Below are positions 37,653 to 47,580 of a stretch of 64,000 nucleotides of DNA, in pieces. The stretch covers positions 128,001 through 192,000 of the forward strand of contig JAKFBU010000056.1 of the NCBI GenBank assembly GCA_036676985.1. The letters run 5' to 3'. The position numbers and the translations under genes are program-made. Each line of letters starts with the position of its first letter. Position 1 is the first letter of the stretch. This stretch comes from Candidatus Sericytochromatia bacterium. GTDB lineage: Bacteria; Cyanobacteriota; Sericytochromatia; S15B-MN24; UBA4093. The notes under the pieces were generated by a model. That model ran no database searches. It saw only the letters and a program-made list of their open reading frames with translations, and had not been told where the DNA came from.

Positions 37653-37674
37653 CGCACCCTCCTAATCGTGCCGG

Positions 37675-38520
37675 CTAGCCGGCCTGGGACGTTTCGGGCT
37701 TGAAGATGGAGACGATCTTGAGGCCGGTCCGCTCCCTCAGCTCGGCCTCGACCTCGAGGGCCTCTTCGCGGCTCAGGTGCTTGAGGGGAACGGCGGGATA
37801 GGGCGCCTTGTCGTGGTTGCCTCGGGCCTCGATGAACCACTCCTGCGGCACCGGCCGCATGGGGGTGTTGAGCTGCACCTCGTCGGGGCCGATCTGCCTT
37901 AGAATCGTCGCGAACTCCTCGATCTCCTTGCGGTTCATGGGCATGAACATCATCTGGATGGCGAGGTAGCCCTGGTACTCGGCGCGGAACGCCAGGATCC
38001 CGTCGAGGATCGTTTGGAAGGTGACGCCTTCCACGGGGCGATCGACCATCTGGAGCGTGCGCTCGTTGGAGGCGTCCAGCTTGCAGAAGACCTTTTCGGC
38101 CTTGGCGAGGTCGCGCCGGACGGCGGGGTCGCCGAGCAGCGTGGAGTTGGTGAGCACCATGACGGGCTTGTGGGTCAGGGCGTGGATGCCGTCGATCACC
38201 TCGCCCATGTTGAGGGCGAGTGTCGGCTCACCGCTGCCGGAGAGCGTGACGATATCCGCCGACTGCCAGTCACTGGCAGCGAGGTCCGCCATGACGCGCT
38301 CGGTGGAGACGTAGACGCGCCGCTCCAGGGTGGGCACCTGGATCTTGCCCAGCTGGCAATAAACGCAGCGGAACGAGCAGATGCTCGACGTGTAGAGCAG
38401 GTCCACCCCCAGGGACATCCCGACGCGCCAAGAACGAACGGGACCGTAGACGGTCGAGACGTTCGGCTGGGCGTTTTCGGGAGTGGTCGATTGGGTCAGG
38501 ACGGTCACAGGGCACCTCAT
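37675..38520 (-). CDS. radical SAM protein (uncharacterised TYW1-like Fe-S oxidoreductase family)
   Basis: VYGPVRSWRVGMSLGVD, CSFRCVYCQLG, SGSGEPTL, LTNSTL, KLDA; start approximate. Confidence 0.9.
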   Translation of the reverse strand: MRCPVTVLTQSTTPENAQPNVSTVYGPVRSWRVGMSLGVDLLYTSSICSFRCVYCQLGKIQVPTLERRVYVSTERVMADLAASDWQSADIVTLSGSGEPTLALNMGEVIDGIHALTHKPVMVLTNSTLLGDPAVRRDLAKAEKVFCKLDASNERTLQMVDRPVEGVTFQTILDGILAFRAEYQGYLAIQMMFMPMNRKEIEEFATILRQIGPDEVQLNTPMRPVPQEWFIEARGNHDKAPYPAVPLKHLSREEALEVEAELRERTGLKIVSIFKPETSQAG

Positions 38521-38575
38521 CTACTACCATGACCAGTCTACCACCCAACGCCCGGTTTTCAAATGCGCGCCCCCC

Positions 38576-39013
38576 TCAGGGATTGCTCATCCCCTTGGTG
38601 GCGGGGACCTCGCGCAGGGGCACGAACAGGTCGTTGCCGCTCCGGAGGTAGAGCCCCGGCGGTGCCGCCTGCGCGCCGCCACCGCCTCCCGCGGAGGTCT
38701 GGCTGGGCGCGTAGACGTCCTGCCCGTCGGCGCGGCCGACCACCTTCATGCGGTCAGGATCGGCCACCACCTGGCGATCGACAGCGTTCGGCACCGGCGC
38801 CAGTTGCCTGCCTTCGTACGCGAGGACCTGGTTCTGGCCCGAGACCGGGTTGAAGTAGGTGACCGACTCCTTCTCCGGATGGGGCCACCAGAACAAGAGG
38901 GCAGGGATCAGGAGCACGATGAGCAGCAAGAAGGGCCAAAGCGGGACGACGATCTTGCCCGACCCGGCCGGTTTCTCGCTCCCACCCTCTTTCTTGACGC
39001 GCAAATCGGCCAT
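38576..39013 (-). CDS. hypothetical single-TM protein
   Basis: GGGAGG RBS before ATG 39013; one TM helix. Confidence 0.65.
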   Translation of the reverse strand: MADLRVKKEGGSEKPAGSGKIVVPLWPFLLLIVLLIPALLFWWPHPEKESVTYFNPVSGQNQVLAYEGRQLAPVPNAVDRQVVADPDRMKVVGRADGQDVYAPSQTSAGGGGGAQAAPPGLYLRSGNDLFVPLREVPATKGMSNP

Positions 39014-39206
39014 GGGTGCCTCCCTTTCGCAACGCTGCCTGCGCCCACCATAACGGCCTCCGGCATGGGGATCTTCGTCCACTTGAACCAATGCCGTGAG
39101 CGGTTTTGCCCTCGCCGCATGGCTCGAATCCCGTTTGCTTGGTGTATGATATGGCTAAGTTGCCAGGTATCTGGGCCTGGCCAGTCACTCTAAGGAGTAC
39201 CGCGAG

Positions 39207-39662
39207 ATGCGCTTTACGCTGGATGAGGCCAATACCTTGCTGCCGGAGCTGGTACGTCGGCTCGAGACGGCCCATGGCGAGCTTGCCCCGGTCTACGAAG
39301 AAGTCAAGGCGGCCAACGAGGCGCTGCTCGCCGTCGAATGGAAGCTGCGCACGGCCCGCCAGGAAGGGGCTCCGCGCATCTCGATGCAGGAGCTGCAGAG
39401 CGCCTGGGACGAGGCGGCCGCCCACCTGGTCGCGACCAAGGGCATGCTCGACGAGCGCGAGGATGCCTGGATCCGGCTCTTGCAGCGCTCGGGCGTGGTG
39501 GTCCGCAACCTCAAGTCTGGCGCCATCGACTTTCCCGCCAAGGGCGGCCACCCGGAGGCCTTCTTCTGCTGGCACCAGGGTGAGCCCGCGATCGCCTACT
39601 GGCATCCGAACGGCGACGAGCACGAGACCGAGACCCGCCTGCCGCTGACCGAGCCGGCGTAG
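39207..39662 (+). CDS. DUF2203 family protein
   Basis: FTLDEANTLLP...GAIDFP...FCWHQGEPAIAYWH. Confidence 0.88.
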   Translation: MRFTLDEANTLLPELVRRLETAHGELAPVYEEVKAANEALLAVEWKLRTARQEGAPRISMQELQSAWDEAAAHLVATKGMLDEREDAWIRLLQRSGVVVRNLKSGAIDFPAKGGHPEAFFCWHQGEPAIAYWHPNGDEHETETRLPLTEPA

Positions 39663-39803
39663 GTCCACGACCGCCGAAAGAACTCGCGACGGCCCGAGCA
39701 TGCTCGGGCCGTCTTGCTTTGGTGGCAAGCTAGGAGCCATGCGTGCGATGGCGCTCCCGTCACCCTCGCGAACGCGGGGGTCCACCGGTGCGGATTCAGG
39801 AGG

Positions 39804-40820
39804 CTACGCGTGCCGCTCCACCCGGTTCCGCCCCCCCCGCTTGGCCTTGTACAGCGCGCGATCGGCCGCATCCACCAGCTCCACCGCCCTGGCCATCTCG
39901 GCCGAGAGACTCGCAATCCCGAGGCTCGCCGTGACCTGGAGGCATCCACCCGGCAACTCCAGCGACCACTCCTCGATGGCCTTGCGCAGGCGCTCGGCGA
40001 GCACCATGGCTCCCGCGATCTCGGTATCCGGCAAGAGCACCGCGAACTCCTCGCCTCCGAAACGCCCGGCCACGTCCGAGAGGCGCAGCTGCCCCCGGAT
40101 CACGTAGCCCACCCCCCCGAGCACCTGGTCGCCGACCACGTGGCCATGGGTGTCGTTGATGTCCTTGAAGTGATCCAGGTCGACCAGGATGAGTGCCAGG
40201 GGCTGGTCATACCGCCGCGAGTGGTCCAGCTGCTCGGTCAGACGCTGTTCCAGGTAGGCCTTGGAGCCGAGTCCGGTCATGCGGTCCGTGATGGCCTGCC
40301 CCATGGCGTCCGCATAGAGGTCGTACAACCCGAGCGCCATGTCGAGCTTCTCGGAGTAGCTCGCCTCCGAGCGATGCATCAGCGCCCGCGTGTTGACCTG
40401 AAACAGGAGCTGGCCAGCGAACAAGCCGTAGGCATCCAGTGCCGCCAGGCGCTCGTCCGTGGGCGGGGACAGGAGGCGCAGGTAGACGAGGCCCACTCGT
40501 TCGCGGCCCAGCGTGAGCGGGACGGCACAGTCGAGACCAGCGTCGACGCCCGGGCCAACGACCACCTTGCGATCGAGCGACGCCTCGGCCACCAGCTCGT
40601 TGGACAGGGCGACGGGCCACACGGGCTCGCCGTTCGTGCCCAGGGAATGGGCCTGGACCAGCGTGTTGCCCAGCATGATCGAGCCCTGCGAGGCACCGCT
40701 CAGGTCGATCAGGTGCCGCAGCACGACGACCGCGGGCTCGGTGCTCTCGACCGAACGGGCCGCTTCGCGAAAGAGGTGCGCCAGCGTCCCGGCGCCGATG
40801 GGGGTTGCCTCGAGGGTCAT
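39804..40820 (-). CDS. GGDEF diguanylate cyclase with a degenerate GAF-like N-terminus
   Basis: DLDHFKDIND, RFGGEEF, RLSD I-site; GGAGG RBS before ATG 40820. Confidence 0.9.
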   Translation of the reverse strand: MTLEATPIGAGTLAHLFREAARSVESTEPAVVVLRHLIDLSGASQGSIMLGNTLVQAHSLGTNGEPVWPVALSNELVAEASLDRKVVVGPGVDAGLDCAVPLTLGRERVGLVYLRLLSPPTDERLAALDAYGLFAGQLLFQVNTRALMHRSEASYSEKLDMALGLYDLYADAMGQAITDRMTGLGSKAYLEQRLTEQLDHSRRYDQPLALILVDLDHFKDINDTHGHVVGDQVLGGVGYVIRGQLRLSDVAGRFGGEEFAVLLPDTEIAGAMVLAERLRKAIEEWSLELPGGCLQVTASLGIASLSAEMARAVELVDAADRALYKAKRGGRNRVERHA

Positions 40821-40871
40821 GGGGCCTCCGCCTGTACACTCCGTCGGGATCATACCCGGACAGGCGGGCGC

Positions 40872-41987
40872 CTACCCCTCCGCCGGCTCGGCGATCGCCA
40901 GGTCTATCTCTTCGACGACCGTCGGATCCGCCTCGGTGCGCCGGGCCTCGTGCAGGGCCTCCAGCGCCTCCGGAGTCCGGATGCGGCCCAGGGCCCAGGC
41001 AGCCGAGCCACGCACCACGGGCTCGGGATCTTGGCCGAGAGCCTTGGCGAGGGGCGGCACGGTCCGGGGGTCCCGGGCGTTGCCGAGGGCGATCGCCGCG
41101 TTGCGCGCGAGGCCGTGACGCTTGGTGCGCTTGATGGCGCTGCCCTTGAACCGGGCGGAGAACTCCTCCTGCGTCAGCTCCAGGAGACCCACCAGGTCGG
41201 GGTAGACGCGATCGGTGCGGGGCACGAAGGCCGGCTCGGTCGCTTGCTCCGAGTGGCGGTTCCACGGGCACACCTCCTGGCAGAGGTCGCACCCGTACAC
41301 CCAGTCCCCGATGAGCGGGCGCAGATCGCGCGGGATCGGGCCCCGGAGCTCGATGGTCAGGTAGGAGATGCAGCGCCGCGAGTCGATGACGCCCGGCCGG
41401 ATGATGGCCCCGGTGGGGCAGACGGTCATGCACCGGGTGCAGGATCCGCAGCGGTTGGGGTGCGGCTCCTCGTTGACGGGCAGCGGCACGGCCGTGATGA
41501 TGTCGGCGAGGAAGCCGAAGGACCCGTGCTTGGTGGTGATGAGGCAGCCATTCTTCCCGATCCACCCGAGGCCCGCGGTCTCGGCGACGCTGCGCTCGAG
41601 GACGGGACCGGTGTCGGTGTAGGAGCGGGACGGGCTATCCCCGAGGGCGCTCGCGAGGCTCCGCAGCCTGCCTGGGATGAGGTCGTGATAGTCGTCGCCG
41701 AGGGCGTAGCGGGCCATGCGGCCGCGCGGCACGTCGAGGGGCTTGGGACCCAGGGGGCCCGGGTCGTAGGCCATCCAGAGGGCGAGCACGGTCGCGGCCT
41801 CGGGCACCACCTGGCGCGGGTCCATGCGGCGCTCCATGTTCTTCGCCATCCAGGCCATGTCCCCGTGGTAGCCGGCCTCGATCCAGGCCTGATAGGCGGG
41901 GCCGCCCCGGTACGGGCGCGCCGGAGCCGCGGCCACGGCCGAAAAGCCCAGGTCATGGGCGGTCGCCTCCAGCTCCTTCCAGTCCAC
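40872..41987 (-). CDS. queG: tRNA epoxyqueuosine(34) reductase with a C-terminal HEAT repeat
   Basis: RYALGDDYH, DTGPVLER, GWIGKN, CGSCTRC...CP, CISYLTIE, GCDLCQEVCPWN. Confidence 0.94.
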   Translation of the reverse strand: MDWKELEATAHDLGFSAVAAAPARPYRGGPAYQAWIEAGYHGDMAWMAKNMERRMDPRQVVPEAATVLALWMAYDPGPLGPKPLDVPRGRMARYALGDDYHDLIPGRLRSLASALGDSPSRSYTDTGPVLERSVAETAGLGWIGKNGCLITTKHGSFGFLADIITAVPLPVNEEPHPNRCGSCTRCMTVCPTGAIIRPGVIDSRRCISYLTIELRGPIPRDLRPLIGDWVYGCDLCQEVCPWNRHSEQATEPAFVPRTDRVYPDLVGLLELTQEEFSARFKGSAIKRTKRHGLARNAAIALGNARDPRTVPPLAKALGQDPEPVVRGSAAWALGRIRTPEALEALHEARRTEADPTVVEEIDLAIAEPAEG

Positions 41988-41988
41988 C

Positions 41989-44706
41989 TCAGCTCTCCTT
42001 CGAACGGTACCGGCTCAGGGTCGCGCGCATGGCCGCGGGCTCCTGGGCCACCTCCAGGCCCGGGATGCGCGCGGCCTGGCGGTGCAGGGCGATGATCGCG
42101 TCCGCCACCACCGCGAGATGCTCCTTCCCGTACACCCTACGCGGAACGGTGAGGCGAAGCAACTCGACGCCGCGCCGATGGCCGTCGCGGATGAAGGGGC
42201 TCTTGACCATCATGCCGCGTACGCCGGCCTCCAGGTAGAGCGCAGCCGCCAGCGCGTGGCCCGGATGCCCGTCTCGGCCCACATGGGGCAAGAAGGCTTC
42301 CGCATCGAGGAACACGCCATGCCCCCCGATCGGCCGCACGACCGGGATCCCCGCCTTAGTGAGGCGTGCTCCCAGCGCCTGGACCTGCTCGATGCGGTGC
42401 GCGACGTAGGCCTCGTCCAGCATCTCCCGGGCTCCGCACGCCATGGCGACCAGATCCCGGTGCGCGAGGCCGCCCGAGAGGGGGTAGCCCTCGATGCGCT
42501 CGGCGACGCTCCAGGCCTTCCGGAAGACCTCGGCCTCCCGGGTCGCGAGGAAGCCGCCGATGTTGACCAGCAGGTCCTTTTTGCCGCTGATGGTGACGCC
42601 ATGCGCGCAGGCGCACTGCGCTTGGAGGAGCTCGGCGATGGACCGGGACGCGAACCCGGGCTCCTGGGCCCGGATGAACCAGGCGTTCTCGACCGCCCGG
42701 GTGGCGTCCAGGTAGACCGGCAGGCCGTGGCGGTCGGCGATCGCCCGGACGTCTCGCAGGTTCTGCAGCCGCACCGGCTGCCCGCCCGAGGCGTTGACCG
42801 TCACGGCGACGTTCAGGTAGGCGATCCGGTCGGCGCCGTGCTCCGCGATGGCTCGCTCGAGGCGCGCGAGGTCCACGTCGCCCTTGAAGGGGGTGGAGTC
42901 CTCCGGATGCAGGGCGGCCTCGACCGTCACGTCCACGAAGCTGCCGCCGCAGCGCTGGATGTGGCCCAGGGTCGTGATGAAGGATTGGTTGCCGACGACG
43001 ATCGGGCGCTCCCGCGTGACGAGGGCCTCGGACAAGAGGGCCTCGGCGCCGCGGCCTTGGTGGGCCGGCAAGACGAACGGGTAGCCGTAGGCCTCGGTGA
43101 CGGCCGCCTGGAAGTGATCGTAGGCATCCGAGCCCCGGTAGGCCTCATCGGCCCGCCACATCTCCGCCCAGGCCTCGTCGCTCATGGCATTGGTGCCGCT
43201 GTCGGTGAAGAGGTCGATGGCCACGGCGTCCGCGCTGATGAGGTACATGTTGAAGCCCGCCGCCGAGAGGGCCGCCATGCGCTGCTCGCGCGTGGCCACC
43301 GGGTCCTCCTCGACGACCTTGGCGCGGTGGGGCACGAGGACGGGCGCCTGCGTCTCCTCGAGGGGCGAGAGTTCGGGCCATCGGGGAGCCGCGAAGAGCG
43401 GGCTGCCCGGCGGGTCGGAGGCGGGCCCGGCCGCCTGGAGCCCGACCAGGCGATCGCGCTGGTCCCAGAGGTGCACGACGGCCTCGGCCGCCCAGTCGAC
43501 CTGACTCACCTCGTAAGCCCGGGCGGGCCAGGCGAGTCGGACGAGCTGCCGGTCGTGCCCGGCCTTTTCGCTCACCCGCATCACCGCAGCTCGCACGCCC
43601 GCAAGGGCGTAGAGGGTGGCAGTGACGGTCGCCCCGCGGTTCGGGCCCAGGTCCGGGAACCGCTCGAGGTCCAGGTAGACGGCATGTCCGCCCGTCGGCT
43701 CGACGAGCGGAACGCCGGCCTCGCGCAGGCGGTTCGCGAGGCGCTGGAGGTGGGCCGCGCGCGCCTGGAGCGGCGGCTCGCTGAACGCCTCGTGCAGGCC
43801 GACGCTCAGGGCTTCCATGTCGCGCCCCGCCATCCCGCCGTAGAAGGGCATCCCCTCGAAGATGACGCACCAGTTGCGCAAGCGCTCGAAGGCGGCGTGG
43901 TCATGGGTGGCGATGAGCCCCCCGATGTTCGCGAGCCCCAGCTTCTTGCCGCTCAGGTAGAGATAGTCGGCCCAGCTCGCCATCTCCCGGGCGATGGCCC
44001 GGATGTCGTTGCCCTCGCACCCGGGATCGAAGCGGTGGACGAAGTAGGCATCCTCGTGCAGGCGACTGGCGTCCAGCACCACGGGGATGCTGCGCTCGCG
44101 CGCCCATTCGCTGACGGCGCGCAGGTTCGTGAGACTGATGGGCTGTCCGCCGATGGGCTCGCAGGTGGCCGAGATCCACACGACGGCCGGCCGTAGCGTG
44201 CCGCCCTCGAGCATGGCCTCGTCCATGCGGTTCAGGTCGAGGTTTCCCTTGAAGGGGGCAGAGGTCCTGAAGCACCACGCCTCGGGATGCCCGACCTCCA
44301 CGAGGGTGGCCCCGGAGTGGGCGATGAGGCGTCGGGTGGTAGCCGAGAGGGCGTTGCAGAGGACCACGCGGCTCGGATCCAGCAGGTGGTGCGTTAGCAG
44401 GTTCTCGGCCCCGCGTCCCTGGTGGGCCGGGATGACGAAGGGCATCCCGAAGCACTCCATGACGGCGCGCTCGAGGGCCTGGAAGCTGCGGGATCCCGCG
44501 TAGGCCTCGTCGCCGCGCATCATGGCGGCCCACTGGCGATCGCTCATGGCAGCCTGTCCCGAGTCCGTGAGGAGGTCGAGGTAAACGGCCTCGGCCGGCA
44601 ATCGTGCGACGTTGAACCCCGCCTGCCGCAGTCGCTCCAGCCGCTCGTCGGGCGGCGGCAGGTGGAGGGTGCGGACGATCTTGTTGCGATACGGGGGGTA
44701 GGGCAT
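41989..44706 (-). CDS. tandem-duplicated tryptophanase/tyrosine phenol-lyase-like PLP enzyme (two full beta-eliminating lyase units)
   Basis: Two copies each of DLxTDSG, DEAY, HQGRGAE, GGQP, DAxR, SGKK (PLP Lys), GGH and RLxxPxRxY in one ~905-aa frame; GGAGG RBS before ATG 44706. Confidence 0.88.
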   Translation of the reverse strand: MPYPPYRNKIVRTLHLPPPDERLERLRQAGFNVARLPAEAVYLDLLTDSGQAAMSDRQWAAMMRGDEAYAGSRSFQALERAVMECFGMPFVIPAHQGRGAENLLTHHLLDPSRVVLCNALSATTRRLIAHSGATLVEVGHPEAWCFRTSAPFKGNLDLNRMDEAMLEGGTLRPAVVWISATCEPIGGQPISLTNLRAVSEWARERSIPVVLDASRLHEDAYFVHRFDPGCEGNDIRAIAREMASWADYLYLSGKKLGLANIGGLIATHDHAAFERLRNWCVIFEGMPFYGGMAGRDMEALSVGLHEAFSEPPLQARAAHLQRLANRLREAGVPLVEPTGGHAVYLDLERFPDLGPNRGATVTATLYALAGVRAAVMRVSEKAGHDRQLVRLAWPARAYEVSQVDWAAEAVVHLWDQRDRLVGLQAAGPASDPPGSPLFAAPRWPELSPLEETQAPVLVPHRAKVVEEDPVATREQRMAALSAAGFNMYLISADAVAIDLFTDSGTNAMSDEAWAEMWRADEAYRGSDAYDHFQAAVTEAYGYPFVLPAHQGRGAEALLSEALVTRERPIVVGNQSFITTLGHIQRCGGSFVDVTVEAALHPEDSTPFKGDVDLARLERAIAEHGADRIAYLNVAVTVNASGGQPVRLQNLRDVRAIADRHGLPVYLDATRAVENAWFIRAQEPGFASRSIAELLQAQCACAHGVTISGKKDLLVNIGGFLATREAEVFRKAWSVAERIEGYPLSGGLAHRDLVAMACGAREMLDEAYVAHRIEQVQALGARLTKAGIPVVRPIGGHGVFLDAEAFLPHVGRDGHPGHALAAALYLEAGVRGMMVKSPFIRDGHRRGVELLRLTVPRRVYGKEHLAVVADAIIALHRQAARIPGLEVAQEPAAMRATLSRYRSKES

Positions 44707-44727
44707 GGCGCGCCTCCTCGGACGGTC

Positions 44728-44761
44728 CATTATACGCTCGCTTGCCGGGCGGCGTATAATG
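44728..44761. promoter_or_regulatory. palindromic bidirectional promoter/operator
   Basis: CATTATACGC-N14-GCGTATAATG puts a TATAAT on each strand between the divergent genes. Confidence 0.55.
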
Positions 44762-44796
44762 CCGGGACCGACCAGCCCCACGCACCAGGAGAGCCC

Positions 44797-45540
44797 ATGA
44801 AACTATCCGGACACACCGCCCTCGTCACCGGCGCCAGCCACGGGATCGGGCGCGCGATCGCCCTCGCCTTCGCCGCCGAGGGCGCCGACGTCGCCGTCAA
44901 CTACGGCCAAGACGCCGACGCCGCCCAGGCCGTCGTCGCCGAGATCCGGACCCTCGGCCGCCGGGCGATCGCCGTCCAGGCGGACGTCTCGGACCCCGAC
45001 GCCGTCCGGGACATGGTCCGGACCGTCGAGCAGGAGCTCGGCCCCATCGACCGGCTCGTCAACAACGCGGGCATCGTCCTGCGCGCCAAGCTCTTCGACA
45101 TCTCGCCCGACATGTGGGACCGCGTCATGGAAGTGAACGCCAAGGGCGTCTTCCTGGTCTCCCAGGAGGTCGCCCGAGGCATGATGGCCCGCGCCGGGGG
45201 CGTCATCGTCAACATCGCGTCCATGCGCGGCGTCGAGGGCTCCGAGAGCTCCATGCACTACGCGGCGTCCAAGGCCGCCGTCATCTCGCTCACCAAGTGC
45301 TTCGCCAAAGAGCTCGCCCCCAAGGTGCGCGTCAACGCCATCGCCCCGGGCTACGTCTCCACCCGCATCCAGGAGGAGCTCACGCCCGAGAAGCGGCACG
45401 CCATCGAGGAGGCGACCCCCCTGAAGCGGTTCGGCCGCCCGGAGGACATCGCCCGGACGGCCGTTTACTTCGCTTGTGAGGATTCGGCCTACGTCACCGG
45501 GCAGACGCTGCTCGTGGACGGCGGCCGGGTGATGATCTAG
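44797..45540 (+). CDS. SDR family oxidoreductase (FabG-like)
   Basis: TGASHGIG, NNAG, YAASK, VNAIAPG, TGQTLLVDGG. Confidence 0.92.
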   Translation: MKLSGHTALVTGASHGIGRAIALAFAAEGADVAVNYGQDADAAQAVVAEIRTLGRRAIAVQADVSDPDAVRDMVRTVEQELGPIDRLVNNAGIVLRAKLFDISPDMWDRVMEVNAKGVFLVSQEVARGMMARAGGVIVNIASMRGVEGSESSMHYAASKAAVISLTKCFAKELAPKVRVNAIAPGYVSTRIQEELTPEKRHAIEEATPLKRFGRPEDIARTAVYFACEDSAYVTGQTLLVDGGRVMI

Positions 45541-46709
45541 CCCAGGTAGTCGTAGATCGCCTGGATGACCACCTTGGCGCCGACGGGCAGGCCGCGCTCG
45601 TCGATGTCGAAGGACGGGTGGTGGTGCGGGTTGTCCAGCCCCTGATCCGGGTTGGCCGTGCCGATGAAGAAGTAGCAGCCGGGCACTTCCTGAAGGAAGT
45701 AGGCCATGTCCTCGCCGCCCATGCTGGGCTCGCACTCGACGACGTGGTCCTCGCCGACCACCTTGGCGGCCGCCTGGCGCACGACCTCGGTCATGCCGGG
45801 ATCGTTGACCGTCGCCGGGTAGGTACGGTGGTAGTCGAGGCGGTAGGTGGCGCCCATGGCCTGGGTGATGCCCGCGATCACGTCCTCGATGCGCTTGGGC
45901 AGCATGTCACCGACGACGGCCGAGAACGAGCGCACCGTCCCCGAGAGCTCGACGGTCTGGGCGATGATGTTGTGGCGATCGCCGCCCCGGATCTTGCCGA
46001 GCGTCACCACCGCCGAGTCGAGCGGCGAGACGTTGCGCGACACGATGGTCTGCAGGGCCGTGATCACCTGGCCGGTCACGGCGATCGCGTCCACCGACAG
46101 GTGCGGCATGGCCCCGTGACCGCCCTTGCCCTCGATGTAGAGGTCGAACTGGTCCGTGTTCGCCATGATGGGCCCCGGGCGCACGCCTATCTTACCGACG
46201 GGCAGGTTGTTCCACACGTGGAAGCCGATGGCCGCGTCGACCTTCGGGTTCTCGAGCACCCCGGCCTCGATCATGGGCAGCGCCCCACCCGGGCCCTCTT
46301 CGGCCGGCTGGAAGATGAGCTTGACCGTGCCCGCAAGCTCCGACTGGCGATCGGCGAGCACCCGGGCCACGCCGAGCAGGATGGCCATGTGCGCGTCGTG
46401 GCCGCAGGCATGCATCTTGCCGTCGTGCTGCGAGCGATACGCGTGCGTCGAGAGCTCCTGCACGGGCAGGGCGTCGATGTCCGCGCGGACCAAGAGGGTC
46501 TTGCCGGGCTTCCCACCCCGCAGGTAAGCGACCACGCCGGTGCCGACCATCGTCTCCACCTCCAGGCCGTAGCCCTTCAGGAGCTCGACCAGGCGTCCGG
46601 CCGTGCGCACCTCTTCGAAGCCGAGCTCCGGGTGCATGTGGAAGTCACGTCGGTTGGCCACGATCTCGGGGGCGATCGCATCCACCTCCTGGAAGAGCAG
46701 CGAAGACAT
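45537..46709 (-). CDS. M20D family amidohydrolase
   Basis: HMHPELGFEE, RADIDALP, MHACGHD, FQPAEE, GGEDMA. Confidence 0.93.
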   Translation of the reverse strand: MSSLLFQEVDAIAPEIVANRRDFHMHPELGFEEVRTAGRLVELLKGYGLEVETMVGTGVVAYLRGGKPGKTLLVRADIDALPVQELSTHAYRSQHDGKMHACGHDAHMAILLGVARVLADRQSELAGTVKLIFQPAEEGPGGALPMIEAGVLENPKVDAAIGFHVWNNLPVGKIGVRPGPIMANTDQFDLYIEGKGGHGAMPHLSVDAIAVTGQVITALQTIVSRNVSPLDSAVVTLGKIRGGDRHNIIAQTVELSGTVRSFSAVVGDMLPKRIEDVIAGITQAMGATYRLDYHRTYPATVNDPGMTEVVRQAAAKVVGEDHVVECEPSMGGEDMAYFLQEVPGCYFFIGTANPDQGLDNPHHHPSFDIDERGLPVGAKVVIQAIYDYLG

Positions 46710-46901
46710 TTGGACTACCTCCTGGCAGGTCGAGAGGACGGGGATTTTTCAATCGAAGGATAGCATTTCGGACGCCAGGTTGTATAATTGACCTTAACCT
46801 CCGCTTGGTTCAGGGCTATCCCAGCGACAACGGGGAAATGTCCTCCGGGCGGCGCCATCCTCACATTCATACCAACGACTCAGTAGAAGGGATCAAACCC
46901 G

Positions 46902-47135
46902 ATGGCAGATAAGAACGATAAGTTCCCGGACAACGTCCCCGGCAAGTACTACGTCGACACCACTTGCATCGTCTGCGGCGCCTGCGAGGCCGCAGCCCCC
47001 GACAACTTCAAGCTGTCGGACGACGGCAGCCACGACGTGGTCTACAAGCAGCCCACGAGTGAAGAAGAAGACCAGATGTGCCGCGAGGCCATGGAAGGCT
47101 GCCCCGTCGGCTCGATCGGCGACGACGGCGAGTAA
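46902..47135 (+). CDS. ferredoxin (single [4Fe-4S])
   Basis: YYVDTTCIVCGAC...CPVGSIG. Confidence 0.92.
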   Translation: MADKNDKFPDNVPGKYYVDTTCIVCGACEAAAPDNFKLSDDGSHDVVYKQPTSEEEDQMCREAMEGCPVGSIGDDGE

Positions 47136-47156
47136 GCCAAGACCACCGCATCAAAA

Positions 47157-47186
47157 GCGCGGCGCCCCCGGTTCCGGGGGCGCCGC
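47157..47186. terminator. bidirectional terminator hairpin
   Basis: GCGGCGCCCCCGG-TT-CCGGGGGCGCCGC between convergent genes. Confidence 0.7.
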
Positions 47187-47191
47187 GTCGC

Positions 47192-47497
47192 TTATTCCAT
47201 GCTGTGGACGAGCTTGCCCAGCTCGTGCTGGTCGACGCCGAAGCGCCTGGCCGCTTCTGCCTTCACGTCCCCGAGCGTCAGGTCGAGATTCTCGGTGATT
47301 AGCAGGAAGGGCTTTCGGGCCAGCGCCGGATCGTCCCCGTGCCGATCCAGGATGCGCGTGTTGGCGTCCGTGAAGTGGCCGCCGTTGCGGAAGATGTCCC
47401 CTGTCAGGACGTCCAGGTAGTAGCCGGGCTGGCAGGCGATGTCGGGGAAGCTCTTGAAATCCGCGTCGTTGACCCACAGGACGTTCAGCTTCGCCAT
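47192..47497 (-). CDS. hypothetical protein
   Basis: GGAGGAGG RBS before ATG 47497. Confidence 0.7.
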   Translation of the reverse strand: MAKLNVLWVNDADFKSFPDIACQPGYYLDVLTGDIFRNGGHFTDANTRILDRHGDDPALARKPFLLITENLDLTLGDVKAEAARRFGVDQHELGKLVHSME

Positions 47498-47580
47498 GGT
47501 GCCCTCCTCCCGCCGATGATCGCCAGTCGTGGCCATGCGATCTTAGAGAGGAATAGGCGCTGGTTACAACAAGCTAGCTT

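Noticed and set aside
37134-38520. Radical SAM + HEAT pair as a RiPP or defence system
   Set aside because: The radical SAM belongs to a widespread stand-alone family with no SPASM/RRE motif, and no precursor peptide is evident.
46790-46900. Possible structured RNA leader upstream of the ferredoxin
   Set aside because: A TATAAT box and about 110 nt of leader are present, but I see no recognisable riboswitch motif or convincing terminator.
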